Shown here one piece after another: positions 1 through 10,040 of a DNA stretch of 64,000 nucleotides. The stretch is from a virus. Its lineage: Duplodnaviria; Caudoviricetes. The stretch spans positions 1,634 to 65,633 of the IMG/VR virus record IMGVR_UViG_3300037067_007008; one strand, given 5' to 3'. Every line of letters starts with the position of its first letter. The stretch's first letter is position 1. A model generated the notes under the pieces. That model saw only the letters and a program-made list of their open reading frames with translations. It was not told the origin of the DNA and did no database searches. The translations under genes were made by a program, and so were the position numbers.

Positions 1-756
1 TGGAGCACATCCGCCGACCAGGTTCCTCAATACTACTCCATCCTCTCACCACCTCCTTTGACAGTGCAGCTGGCTCCTGCACCTACGGACACCATGAACC
101 TGGACCTCCTCTCGGTCAGTAGCGGAGCTGCCCTTTCCCCAACTGCCACTGCAACGGTTCTTGGTGTCCCAGATGATATGGCCTGGATAGTCAAGTGGGG
201 TGCAATGGCTGACCTTCTCAGTAAAGATGGCCCTGCCCAGGATCCTGAGCGTTCCGCCTACTGTCAGCAACGCTATGAACAGGGTGTGGAGATGGCTAAG
301 ATAGCTCCCATGCTAATCTCAGCTAGAGTAGCTGGCACTCCACTGAACTTCTCCAGCACCTATGAGATGGATGCCTACAACCTGGACTGGCAGAACACTG
401 CTGCTGCAGCGCCCACTGACCTTCTCCAAGCTGGCAGGAACCTTGTAGCCTTCTATCCTAAACCTATTGGTGCAACAGCTATCCTCCTGGATATAGTCCA
501 GAATGCCCCCATCCCAGCAGCTGATGCCACCAACATAGAAATAGGCAGAGAGCAGCTAGAGGCTATCCTTGGTTATGCTGAGCACCTGGCAATGTTCAAA
601 GTAGCAGGTGATGAGTGGAAGGCAACCAACTCTGGATATGAGAACCTGGTCAAGTCTGCTGCCATCTATAACTCACGCCTGGCGGCCTCTGCGCTCTTCA
701 AAGATGTAGTCAAGGGTAACCCTAGCCGTGAAGAAACTGAGAGACCTAGACTCTAA
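1..756 (+). CDS. Head-tail adaptor/connector-like virion protein (5'-truncated at window edge)
   Basis: Frame 1 is open from base 1 (WSTSADQVPQYYSILSPPPLTVQLAPAPTD...). The P-x-YY...L-x-P-x-P pattern is typical of adaptor proteins. It lies directly upstream of tail genes. Confidence 0.55.
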   Translation, partial: WSTSADQVPQYYSILSPPPLTVQLAPAPTDTMNLDLLSVSSGAALSPTATATVLGVPDDMAWIVKWGAMADLLSKDGPAQDPERSAYCQQRYEQGVEMAKIAPMLISARVAGTPLNFSSTYEMDAYNLDWQNTAAAAPTDLLQAGRNLVAFYPKPIGATAILLDIVQNAPIPAADATNIEIGREQLEAILGYAEHLAMFKVAGDEWKATNSGYENLVKSAAIYNSRLAASALFKDVVKGNPSREETERPRL

Positions 757-770
757 CCTGGAGCTTTATA

Positions 771-3356
771 ATGGCAGACTTTCATTACCAGCGTGATACA
801 AACAGATTCTTCTGCCTTGGCTTGGATCTCAATAGGCCAGTCGATTCAGTAAAATCCCTGAAGTATCCATACCTTAAGAATGTCCGCACCTATCAAATAG
901 GCAAGATAGAGCCTCGCCCTGGACTTACCCTGATTGGCAGCGTGAACGGCCCAGTCCACAGCATCCGCCGCCTCAATAACCCGCGCACTGCTGACTGGAC
1001 CCGCATCATAGGCAGTGGCACGGTGCTCAACTATGGTCAAGCCTCCTTCACACAGATCTCCACAGGCTTCAGTGGTAACCCTCTAGCCCTGGTCCCCTAC
1101 CGCCCAGCCCAGTCCCCTGACCCCTGGATGTATGTCATGGACTCTTTGAAGCAGGTCAAGGTAGACGTAGACGGCACTCTCCACTCTGTTGGTCTCTCTG
1201 TGCCTACCAACTACCCTACTGTGACCCGCGCCGCAACTCACTTCAAAGCCATCCTCGACGCTGACACCAACACCACAGGCTGGACTGGTGGACCCTCCTT
1301 TGTGGGTGGCATCGTAGGTAACGTCACCAATGTCAGCACCACCATAGCTACTATCCTCTATGACTCTGGTGCAACAGGCTGGGCTGTCATCCAACCCGCA
1401 GCATTCACTGGCATCAAAGAAGGTAGGATAGTCAAAATCACCGCTGAACAGACAGTCATCCAGTCAGCCTCTGAAGGCTCTGCCTCCTCCACCACCATCA
1501 GCTCCATAGCTGCCATGCCCAGTGACGCCACCCTCTTTGCCATTGTCCTGGCTGCCGCTCCCCTTGAGCTGGCTGCCAATGGCCTGATAGAGAACACCAC
1601 TATCGGTGAGACAGTACGTATCATTGCCGTGGTGGATGGCCCCGCTGATGTCAAAACCATCCTGTGTAAGCCTGCAGGAGCCTGGGCCGCAACCAACACC
1701 GTCTACATCCGCCCATCCTTCCGCTGCTACCTCGCCGGAACCTTCGCTGCAGGTGCCACCATCACCAACACTGGTGTCGAATCTGGAGTCAACATCACTG
1801 AAGACTACTCTCTTCCATTTACTGGCTACGCCACCTCTCCGATCTTCGCACCCTTGGATCTCTCCAAGATCACCAGCACTATTGCAGCTACCAAGGACTC
1901 ATACATCTCATTGAGGATTACTCTCACCAGACCCAACGACCTAACCACCCTCAGAGTCCTCCTGGGCTGCACCAACACTGCAGTCCATGCAGACATGTTC
2001 ACCACAGACTACTTCTACAAGGACTTCACCCCTGCCGACGTAACCAAATCCGGCATTCTCAACGTCAAGATTGCAGAGTGGATTCCTGTGGGCAGCCCCA
2101 ACTGGGAGACCATCTACCACTTCGAACTCCAAGCCACCATCCGTCCTCCCAACAACGCAGAGGAGCGTGGTTCCATCACCAACATCTACAGCCACATGCT
2201 GATTGACTCTATGTATCTTGCCGGGGAACCTGGACCGGATATGGGTAAGACTGGCCAACCTTACATTTACAGATACAGAGCCAGAGTCAACTCCACCGGA
2301 GCAGCCAGCAACTGGTCCCCACCTACCTGGGAGCGGTTTGACCTCCGTGGCGAGACTCCCTCCATAGCCATTCCAGCCCAGTACACCCTTGCCACTGAAG
2401 CTGACTACATAGACTTCCAACGTCGTGGCGGCACCATCCCGGACAAGTGGTACTACGTCGGCTCAGTCCTCAACTCTGCCTCTCCAGTCAGCTTCGTAGA
2501 CAAGTATACTGATGACGTAATCATAGCCAACCCCTCTGAGGACCAGGTGCACTATCAGCTCTGGCCCACCATCGGTGCCCCAGTCACAGGCACTACCGTC
2601 AAAGTCACTGGTGTAGCCGTCACCAGCACTGCAGCCTTCAGTCTAAGCTGGGCACCCCTGACCCAGATAGAAATAGCAGGAGTCCTCTATACCATCCGGG
2701 CTGTCTACTCCACTTCTGCCTTGGAACTCTACGAAAGCGCAGCTGCAGCTGGGGCTGTCACCTTCAGAGTCCCAGAACCCATTCTTCAGGCTCAACCTCT
2801 CCCATGCTTCTGGGGACCAATCGGTAATACATTCTTCGCTTGTGGTGACCCTACAAACCCTCAGCGCCTCTACTGGACCAACCTTGGCAGCGCCGACGAC
2901 ACAGCCAGCATCAACCGGATAGACATCACCACCCCATCAGAACCTCTAATGAATGGAGTGCTCTACAATGGCCGCAGCTATGTCTGGAGTTCTGAGCGCT
3001 TCTTCCAGATCCTCCCAGACAAGAATGACGAAAGTGGCAACCCAGTCAGCTGGACCTACATAGAAGTACCCAATGGTAAAGGCCTCTTCGGTCGCTGGTC
3101 CTTCACCGGAGTCCAAACCCCTCCAGGCTTCATCCTCTACTTCATGGCTAGGGAAGGAATCTACAAAACCGATGGTGGTGCCCCAGTCTCCATCACCGAC
3201 GAAGACATGCGCCCACTGTTCCCCAATGAAGGGAACCTTGGCGTGACAGTCAATGGCATCGCTCCACCCAACGTCATCTCAGCCCAGGCTGCTAACCATA
3301 GACTTGCCTACATTGATGACTATCTCTACTACGACTATGTAGATACAACGGTCTAA
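771..3356 (+). CDS. Tail tubular/nozzle (head-stabilisation-like) beta-propeller protein, apparently N-terminal part only
   Basis: 861 aa. Propeller-like motifs (FFACGDPTNPQRLYWTN, LYFMAREGIYKTDGG, SITDEDMRPLF), internal jelly-roll and FN3-like inserts. Ends abruptly at YYDYVDTTV. Confidence 0.6.
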   Translation: MADFHYQRDTNRFFCLGLDLNRPVDSVKSLKYPYLKNVRTYQIGKIEPRPGLTLIGSVNGPVHSIRRLNNPRTADWTRIIGSGTVLNYGQASFTQISTGFSGNPLALVPYRPAQSPDPWMYVMDSLKQVKVDVDGTLHSVGLSVPTNYPTVTRAATHFKAILDADTNTTGWTGGPSFVGGIVGNVTNVSTTIATILYDSGATGWAVIQPAAFTGIKEGRIVKITAEQTVIQSASEGSASSTTISSIAAMPSDATLFAIVLAAAPLELAANGLIENTTIGETVRIIAVVDGPADVKTILCKPAGAWAATNTVYIRPSFRCYLAGTFAAGATITNTGVESGVNITEDYSLPFTGYATSPIFAPLDLSKITSTIAATKDSYISLRITLTRPNDLTTLRVLLGCTNTAVHADMFTTDYFYKDFTPADVTKSGILNVKIAEWIPVGSPNWETIYHFELQATIRPPNNAEERGSITNIYSHMLIDSMYLAGEPGPDMGKTGQPYIYRYRARVNSTGAASNWSPPTWERFDLRGETPSIAIPAQYTLATEADYIDFQRRGGTIPDKWYYVGSVLNSASPVSFVDKYTDDVIIANPSEDQVHYQLWPTIGAPVTGTTVKVTGVAVTSTAAFSLSWAPLTQIEIAGVLYTIRAVYSTSALELYESAAAAGAVTFRVPEPILQAQPLPCFWGPIGNTFFACGDPTNPQRLYWTNLGSADDTASINRIDITTPSEPLMNGVLYNGRSYVWSSERFFQILPDKNDESGNPVSWTYIEVPNGKGLFGRWSFTGVQTPPGFILYFMAREGIYKTDGGAPVSITDEDMRPLFPNEGNLGVTVNGIAPPNVISAQAANHRLAYIDDYLYYDYVDTTV

Positions 3357-3360
3357 GACT

Positions 3361-4941
3361 ATGGCCTTACTTGATGGACTTTGGGGATACTGGAAATTTG
3401 AGGAATCTTCTGGAACTCGTTATGACGCTTCTGGGATGGGGCATGATGCAGTTATCTATGATTTTCCTGCCAAGCCAGCTCCTGGGAGGGCAGCAGCTAA
3501 AATAGGTTATGGGGTTTTATACAGTTATCCAACCTCCAGATTACAAGTTTATCATGGAGAAATCTGGGCAGCAGGAACTGCCTTTACATTTGCAGGGTGG
3601 TTTATATATTCTGACCCAGGGTTACCTTATGCTGTTGAAGAATTAGTAATGACTGTAGTATTTGGCACTTCCTATCTAGTTGACTTTGCTTTGCATATCT
3701 TCGCTAAACCTACTCCTAACCTGGCAAGACTTTTATTTTCTCTTACTCCAACCTCACCACTAATAGAAGTAGATAACTTCACACTAACCTATGATACTCC
3801 GCACTTTATAGCTATAGTAATAGAAGATGTTACTGCATCATTATACGTAGATAATGTCTTAGTGGGTTCTGTTACTACCATAGATCCTATTGGCCCTGTA
3901 ATGTATAACTATATGTTATTTGATGGTGAAGGCACTACTGGCCAAACTGGGACCAAGATATATGATGAGTTTATCGTATGGAAAGCTGCAAAGACTCCAG
4001 CAGAGTTAACTGCTTTATGGAATAATGGTGCTGGCATAAACTTCCTTAATACTATGGGTACCAGCTGCAATACCCTTGCTTACGCGGTAGACCTTACCTC
4101 AGGCAGGGATGGATGGATGTATGACAAATATACTCCTAGCATCATCACCCATTACGGAGAAGAAGGTTCAGGTGTTCATGACACCTTATGTGGTAGTGCC
4201 ACTGGAAACATCTACCAACTCACCGGAGAAAGTGACGATGGAGTAGCCATCCCCTGTGCAGTTCGCACCCCAGCACTGGACCAGGGTGACCCTCGATTTC
4301 ACAAGTTGTATGGTGACATCCTCCTTGACTGTGACACCAACAGCACCAACCTCACTGTCATCCCCTCAACTGACAATTTTGTAACAGCTGGCCTCACCAC
4401 CGTTGTCAACAACGCCACCCGCACCAAAGTTCCCATCTCCCTCAACGCCACCGGGTGGGTCTCTGGCCGTAACGTAGGCTTGGACATCTCCTGGGACACC
4501 CTCAACACCAAGCCTCTTCTCTATGCCTGGGAGCCGCGCTTCACTGAGGAATCAGCCAAAGTCCTAGCCTATTCGTGGGAAACCTGCTGGATCACTCATG
4601 AACTTCCTGGATACTTCTACCATGGCTATCTCTATGTGGTGCACGTTAGCACCGCTGACCTCACCTTCTACATCCTCAACCCTGACAGCACCGCTGCTGC
4701 CACCGTCACCATCCCCAACAGCGGAGGCACCCTTTACTCCAAGTCCTTCATCCGCTTACCAGTTGTAAAGGGTAACATCTTCAAGTATAAGATCTCTTCA
4801 ACAGCCCAATTCCGGCTGAGTGGTGAAGAATCAGAACTCCTGGTCAAACCCTGGGGAATGGGTGGAGAGTGGAAGCATGAGAAGATATTCCAGGATGTGC
4901 CTCAGGGGGCTCCTGCTGAACAGGTGGAGGGGGTTGAATGA
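3361..4941 (+). CDS. Tail protein: N-terminal LamG/ConA-like domain plus nozzle-like C-terminal module (copy A)
   Basis: LWGYWKFEESSGTRYDASG...FTFAGWF...LYVDN...IYDEFIVW is LamG-like. The last ~290 aa are paralogous to those of 6745-8502. Confidence 0.6.
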   Translation: MALLDGLWGYWKFEESSGTRYDASGMGHDAVIYDFPAKPAPGRAAAKIGYGVLYSYPTSRLQVYHGEIWAAGTAFTFAGWFIYSDPGLPYAVEELVMTVVFGTSYLVDFALHIFAKPTPNLARLLFSLTPTSPLIEVDNFTLTYDTPHFIAIVIEDVTASLYVDNVLVGSVTTIDPIGPVMYNYMLFDGEGTTGQTGTKIYDEFIVWKAAKTPAELTALWNNGAGINFLNTMGTSCNTLAYAVDLTSGRDGWMYDKYTPSIITHYGEEGSGVHDTLCGSATGNIYQLTGESDDGVAIPCAVRTPALDQGDPRFHKLYGDILLDCDTNSTNLTVIPSTDNFVTAGLTTVVNNATRTKVPISLNATGWVSGRNVGLDISWDTLNTKPLLYAWEPRFTEESAKVLAYSWETCWITHELPGYFYHGYLYVVHVSTADLTFYILNPDSTAAATVTIPNSGGTLYSKSFIRLPVVKGNIFKYKISSTAQFRLSGEESELLVKPWGMGGEWKHEKIFQDVPQGAPAEQVEGVE

Positions 4942-6293
4942 CAATACCTAATGTTCTTTTTGTGGGAACAACAGGGCAGGCAGCCACGGACAGCTTATAC
5001 TTATTTAAGTATGTCCCTGGGGGTGCATCGGTAACTACTGAATATACAGAGACCCCAACTCCACAAACTGTACCGCATTGGTTTGAAAACAGTGTTGCCC
5101 TTAGATCATTTGGGGAAACAAGTGTCCTCGTACTTAATAATCATGATGATAATCAATTTGAGGTCAAGGTTTTTACAGGAACCACGTTAACTCGAACTAC
5201 TGCAATAGCAAACACATATCCTTACTCAGAAACTGACTTAACCAACAAAAGCCTTGTGATGATTTCTGAGTCTGAATTTTATTTGTTGATCGGTCTGCCT
5301 TTAATATCTGGAGGAAGCTTCACAGATTTATATAGTTACCACACAACGGATGGCGGGGCCACATTCGACAATGCTCTTATCATTCGCTTGGGTTATCCCT
5401 CAGCTCAGATTGCTGTGATGGGAAGCAAGCTCTACGTTCTATGCATGAGCAATGCAGATGATAACTACCACCTCTATACAAGCACTCTTGGTTTGAACGC
5501 ATGGTCAGACCTTGGCATTATTTCAACCCTGCCATCGTCATCTTTCTGGTTTGCTGATCTGGCTTCTCATAACAGCAATTTGTATATTCAGGGAGTTTGG
5601 TATGACGACGACACTGGGGATTCTTTCGGTGGCATATGGGAACTGACTGTAGATGATCCCACCACTATGTCTCTACTTCATACTGTCTCAGGATATTATG
5701 ACTTTCTTGATGGAGGATTTGCTTTCCAAGGACCTGCAAGGCTTCATGCAGTCTTTACTATTTCAGATGGTGTAGGTGGCCCTGCTACTGCCCTCTTTCT
5801 AGAAAGTCTGGATGGTGGTGCAACATGGGCTGACACAGAAATTCTTACACTGCAGTCCTGGAATCATGTTGCTGGATGGATTTCTCTGGAAAATCATAAT
5901 GATGAATACTTAATCTACACTTCCTTAGACTTAGGAGCTTCAGCTACTCTTCCTACAACAACTCCAACATCCTTCTTTATTTCCTCCGACCATGGTTATA
6001 CGTTCCAAGAAATTACTACCCCGCTTGGAGATACAATCACGTGGAATACCTGTCCCCAGGCTGTCTGCTTCTCTTCCCAAAATACTCCATCAGCCTCCTG
6101 TACCTCAATCTCCAACGTCTTCCTAGACCCCAGCACTATGCTAATCACAGGTACAGGTATTGGTGCTGATGCCACTGAATGGCGTATTATCCGCACTGCT
6201 GACTCAGCAATAATGGATTCTGGCCTTGGGCTTACCCCCACGTTTAGCTTCATTGGTCAATACGAAGTACAATATCAACTCCAGTTTAAGTAG
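4938..6293 (+). CDS. BNR/Asp-box beta-propeller (sialidase-like fold) tail-associated protein
   Basis: Three Asp-box-like motifs: HTTDGGATF, ESLDGGATW, ISSDHGYTF. ATGA-coupled to the upstream gene. Confidence 0.55.
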   Translation: MTIPNVLFVGTTGQAATDSLYLFKYVPGGASVTTEYTETPTPQTVPHWFENSVALRSFGETSVLVLNNHDDNQFEVKVFTGTTLTRTTAIANTYPYSETDLTNKSLVMISESEFYLLIGLPLISGGSFTDLYSYHTTDGGATFDNALIIRLGYPSAQIAVMGSKLYVLCMSNADDNYHLYTSTLGLNAWSDLGIISTLPSSSFWFADLASHNSNLYIQGVWYDDDTGDSFGGIWELTVDDPTTMSLLHTVSGYYDFLDGGFAFQGPARLHAVFTISDGVGGPATALFLESLDGGATWADTEILTLQSWNHVAGWISLENHNDEYLIYTSLDLGASATLPTTTPTSFFISSDHGYTFQEITTPLGDTITWNTCPQAVCFSSQNTPSASCTSISNVFLDPSTMLITGTGIGADATEWRIIRTADSAIMDSGLGLTPTFSFIGQYEVQYQLQFK

Positions 6294-6301
6294 GAGATAT
6301 C

Positions 6302-6733
6302 ATGGCAGCATTTGTAAAGTTTGACTGCTTCGTTGAGAATGAGGCTGAGAAGGTCCATAACCTTGGCAGCGACACCCTGAAGCTCGCCCTCACCAACACA
6401 GCTCCCACTGCAGCCACAGACACAGTTCTGGATACTGTAACCAAGCATCCACCTCCAGCTGCAGCCAATGGCTATCCTGCAGGCGGCGAGGCTGTCACTA
6501 TCACCTCCAGTGCTCAATCTGGAGGCACCTACAAACTCGTTGGCAACAGTGTGGTCTTTACCGCAACTGCTGGAGGCATCGGTCCATTCAGATACATTAT
6601 CTTGTACAACAGTTCTGCCTCCGATGCTCTTATAGGCTATTGGGACTACGGCTCCAGTACTACCTTACCCAGTGCAGGAGATACACTTACTGTTACCCTG
6701 AGCCCAACAAATGGTATCTTACAGGCTGCGTAA
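6302..6733 (+). CDS. Conserved small phage tail protein
   Basis: MAAFVKFDCFVENEAEKVHNLGSDTLKLALTN...PFRYIILYN...LIGYWDYG, a pattern recalled from phage tail modules. SD AGGAG. Confidence 0.6.
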   Translation: MAAFVKFDCFVENEAEKVHNLGSDTLKLALTNTAPTAATDTVLDTVTKHPPPAAANGYPAGGEAVTITSSAQSGGTYKLVGNSVVFTATAGGIGPFRYIILYNSSASDALIGYWDYGSSTTLPSAGDTLTVTLSPTNGILQAA

Positions 6734-6744
6734 TAGGACTCTAA

Positions 6745-8502
6745 ATGGCCAATGATTTCAGTGGTGATCCACATTGCATATCTCTATACCGCTTTGAGGA
6801 TGAAGCCCTACTTACTGACAGCAAAGGGTCTAATACCTTATCATTAACTGGCACATCAACCAGTTCTACCACAGTATTTAAAGAGGGGGCAGCTTCAGGA
6901 TTTCTTAACAATAATGGTATTTTATCCAGAACTGACACTAACCTAAGTGCGGCATTTCCCCTTAAAAGTGGTACCACCAATAAGATAGTTTCCTGGACTT
7001 TCTGGTTCAGACTTACAGCTGATATGCCTGGGTTTTCTTATATGGTGGCTAAACTTGATCCTGGTACAAACGCAAACTCTTTTGCTGCAGCAGTCAACTC
7101 CACAACACATCAACTTAATATATTTAAGGGTTACAATAGTGGAGCAAGTATAGAAGGTTATGCATTCACAGCTACTACCATATCACTAAATGTTTGGTAC
7201 CACGTTGGCGTAACATATGAGGATAGTACCAAAATCCTCAATGTCGTACTTTGGGATGATGCTACCGCAACTAAGTATAGCAGTGGTGCCATAACTCAGG
7301 TACAAAACATAGTATTAACTACAGTGAGTTTTACTCTGGGAGGCTACCCAAGTTTTGGCAAGACCTACACTGGATATTTAGATGAAGTTGTCATATTTGA
7401 TGACATCCTAACAGCTAATGAAATAGATCAAATAAGAGCAGGTACGTATACAACCAAAACCATTCTTACCCTAACTGCTGATACTGGAATGTTCACAGTT
7501 ACTGGCCAAGACGCTGTACTTACCCGTAGCAATGATAAGGTATTCAGTGCTGACCCTGGAATGTTTACCATATCAGGGCAGAATGCCACATTTAGTTCTT
7601 CTCTTTGGAGTAATACAGGCTGCACCTTCACCCTTACAGCACCTGACCAATACAACACCCTCGTACACTCCACAGGCCTCATGGAAGGCCGTAGCGGGTG
7701 GTTCCTTGACAAGTACACCCCTGGAGCACTCACCCATTATGGAGAAGAGGGCTCTGGAATTCATGACATCCTCCTTGGCTGCATAAACGGTGGAGTCTAT
7801 CAGCTCATCGGCACCAACGATGCAGGCACTGGCATTCCCTGCCAGATTCGTACCAAGTCCCAAGACCAAGGAGACCTTCGCTACAATAAGCTCTATGGTG
7901 ACATCATGCTGGACTGCAACACAGGAGGCACCTCTGTCTCAGCCACTCCTGGCTTCAATGATCACACCCTTATCACTCCGCCTATCACTGTCTCCAATGT
8001 AGTCCGCACCCAGGTCCCAATCACCATCGGCACCGAGTGGCAGACAGCCCGTAACATCTCCCTGAGTCTCCAGTGGACCCACAACGGAGCAACCCCAGAA
8101 TACTTCTACATGTGGGAACCCAGATTCACCGAGGAGGGGGCCAAACTTGCAGCCTACTCCTGGGATACCTCCTACCTTACCCATGGCATCGACGGTTATT
8201 TCTATCACGGTTACCTATACCTGGTTCACATCTCTACAGCCAACCTAACCTTCACCATCTTCAACGAGGACGGTACCACAGCAGCCTCTGTCACAGTCAC
8301 CCAAAGTGGCGATGAACACCATAAGGACTTCCTTCGCCTCCCTGTAATCAAAGGTAAGGCATTTAGGTATAGACTATCCAGTGCCACCGAATTTAGAGTG
8401 GAAGGCCAGGAATCAGAACTGCTTATCAAGGAGTGGGGCTCCGGTGGCCCATGGCAACGTCGTCGAATCTTCCAGGATGTTCCTAGTGGGAGTGCAGCAT
8501 GA
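6745..8502 (+). CDS. Tail protein: N-terminal LamG/ConA-like domain plus nozzle-like C-terminal module (copy B)
   Basis: SLYRFEDEALLTDSKG...WTFWF...WYHVGVTY...GYLDEVVIFDDILTANEI is LamG-like. Two ADxGMFT(V/I)(T/S)GQ repeats. C-terminus paralogous to 3361-4941. Confidence 0.6.
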   Translation: MANDFSGDPHCISLYRFEDEALLTDSKGSNTLSLTGTSTSSTTVFKEGAASGFLNNNGILSRTDTNLSAAFPLKSGTTNKIVSWTFWFRLTADMPGFSYMVAKLDPGTNANSFAAAVNSTTHQLNIFKGYNSGASIEGYAFTATTISLNVWYHVGVTYEDSTKILNVVLWDDATATKYSSGAITQVQNIVLTTVSFTLGGYPSFGKTYTGYLDEVVIFDDILTANEIDQIRAGTYTTKTILTLTADTGMFTVTGQDAVLTRSNDKVFSADPGMFTISGQNATFSSSLWSNTGCTFTLTAPDQYNTLVHSTGLMEGRSGWFLDKYTPGALTHYGEEGSGIHDILLGCINGGVYQLIGTNDAGTGIPCQIRTKSQDQGDLRYNKLYGDIMLDCNTGGTSVSATPGFNDHTLITPPITVSNVVRTQVPITIGTEWQTARNISLSLQWTHNGATPEYFYMWEPRFTEEGAKLAAYSWDTSYLTHGIDGYFYHGYLYLVHISTANLTFTIFNEDGTTAASVTVTQSGDEHHKDFLRLPVIKGKAFRYRLSSATEFRVEGQESELLIKEWGSGGPWQRRRIFQDVPSGSAA

Positions 8503-8978
8503 CCCGATACTACCCATCCCAGCAAGAACTTCATGCCCCCGACAAACTTGAACGTGTCCTCCGTGATGCCTATGACCGTATCTATAAACTCAGCACCCAG
8601 ATGGCTGTCCAGGATGCCCTAAACAAAACTGCCTCCAAGGTGATCGCCCCAACCATAATCACCACTCCTCCCACCTCCATCAGCAGCGGCACCTCTGGGT
8701 CCAACCGCACTGGACATGTCACCATCACAGCAGTCAACTACACAGCCCAGAGCATCGACAACTTCATCCAAGCCACAGCCGCCGGAGTAGTCATCTCTCT
8801 CCTTAGCGCCATCACCCATTCCGGTGAAGAATACATCATAGACAATAACTCCACTGGAGATATCACCATCACACCAAGTGTGGTAGGCCAAACCCTCCAA
8901 GGTGAGACCACCCAAACCCTCTCTCCCAACGACGTTGCCCACATCTATGCAGACGGTACCAACTGGAGGTTCAGTTAA
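8499..8978 (+). CDS. Tail fibre-associated protein
   Basis: 159 aa. Coiled N-terminus, C-terminal fibre-tip-like module (EEYIIDNNSTGDITITP...HIYADGTNW). Coupled to neighbours. Confidence 0.45.
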   Translation: MTRYYPSQQELHAPDKLERVLRDAYDRIYKLSTQMAVQDALNKTASKVIAPTIITTPPTSISSGTSGSNRTGHVTITAVNYTAQSIDNFIQATAAGVVISLLSAITHSGEEYIIDNNSTGDITITPSVVGQTLQGETTQTLSPNDVAHIYADGTNWRFS

Positions 8979-9988
8979 TGTCATACTTCGCAAATGTAAC
9001 AGTCAAAGATTTCCTCGGTGAGTTTGGCAACAACGTGATGGTCAGCCCCATGGGGTCTATATTTGTGGTAGAACCTGTCAAACTTGTAGGTGTCCCGTTC
9101 ACTGTAGCAGGAGCCATTGACGGTAACTTCTGGGTCAACACCACAGCCACTGGCACAGCCTCAGCCACAGTAGCAGCAGGCATCCTCACCCTTGCCACCA
9201 ACCCCTCTGGCGCAGGCACAGGCAACGATATCTTCACCAACAGTATCCGCAACGCTCGTTACGCTGGTGGAGTCCACAACTACTATCGCGCCAACGTCAG
9301 GGTCCCTGCAGCCACAGGAGTCAACACCCGCAGGTGGGGATGCTTCGATGCCAACGATGGCTACTATTTCTCCCACGACGGCACCACCCTGAGCATCAAT
9401 TCTCGCAAGGCTACCACAGACGCCGCCCCTGTTTCCTCAGGCTCCTTCAATGGTGAACTTGGCACCACGCTTGTCTTAGACACCAACGTCCACACCTACG
9501 AAATCCATTACACCACCAAATCCACATGGTTTATGTATGATGGCAAAATCCTCCACAAGCTCTCTGCCACTACCACAACCCTCACCTCCACCATGCATCT
9601 CCATGTAGGTATGCAGTGTGTCAACGGTGGGGCCAACGCCAACAACAACACCCTCGAAGTCTGGGTTGTCACCATCAATCGTGCAGGTCAGCTCCAGACC
9701 CAGCCCAAGTCAGCACGTATTGACTCCCTTGCTACCACAGTCCTGAAACTCGGCCCTGGTGTCCTACACTCCATAGTCTTCGGCTCCCTTCCTGCCACAG
9801 CAGGTACCATCACTATCTACGACAACACTTCTGCTGCTGGCACCATCCTTCATGCAGCCACTGTAGACACCACAGCTACAGCAATCAAACTCCCAGTCTC
9901 AGTAGACTTCAAAGGACTCTCATTCAGCACTGGCCTCACCATAGTGACAGCCACAGCTGCTTCAGATTTCACAGTAATCTATGAATGA
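8978..9988 (+). CDS. Thr-rich tail/virion protein (beta-sandwich)
   Basis: 336 aa, all-beta pattern (VHTYEIHY...WFMYDGKILH), last gene of the tail block. Confidence 0.45.
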   Translation: MSYFANVTVKDFLGEFGNNVMVSPMGSIFVVEPVKLVGVPFTVAGAIDGNFWVNTTATGTASATVAAGILTLATNPSGAGTGNDIFTNSIRNARYAGGVHNYYRANVRVPAATGVNTRRWGCFDANDGYYFSHDGTTLSINSRKATTDAAPVSSGSFNGELGTTLVLDTNVHTYEIHYTTKSTWFMYDGKILHKLSATTTTLTSTMHLHVGMQCVNGGANANNNTLEVWVVTINRAGQLQTQPKSARIDSLATTVLKLGPGVLHSIVFGSLPATAGTITIYDNTSAAGTILHAATVDTTATAIKLPVSVDFKGLSFSTGLTIVTATAASDFTVIYE

Positions 9989-9989
9989 C

Positions 9990-10017
9990 TTGATATGCAG
10001 TTTCAACATGATACACT
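9990..10017 (+). promoter_or_regulatory. Putative sigma70-type promoter for the ejection-protein operon
   Basis: TTGATA-N16-TACACT in the short gap before SD AGGAGG and ATG 10041. Confidence 0.4.
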
Positions 10018-10040
10018 GGCTTTTGATCAGGAGGTAGGAT

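Noticed and set aside
3361-8502. Diversity-generating retroelement or shufflon behind the duplicated lectin-bearing tail genes
   Set aside because: No reverse transcriptase or site-specific recombinase in the window. The paralogs are diverged throughout, not near-identical with adenine-specific mismatches, and no inverted crossover repeats were seen.
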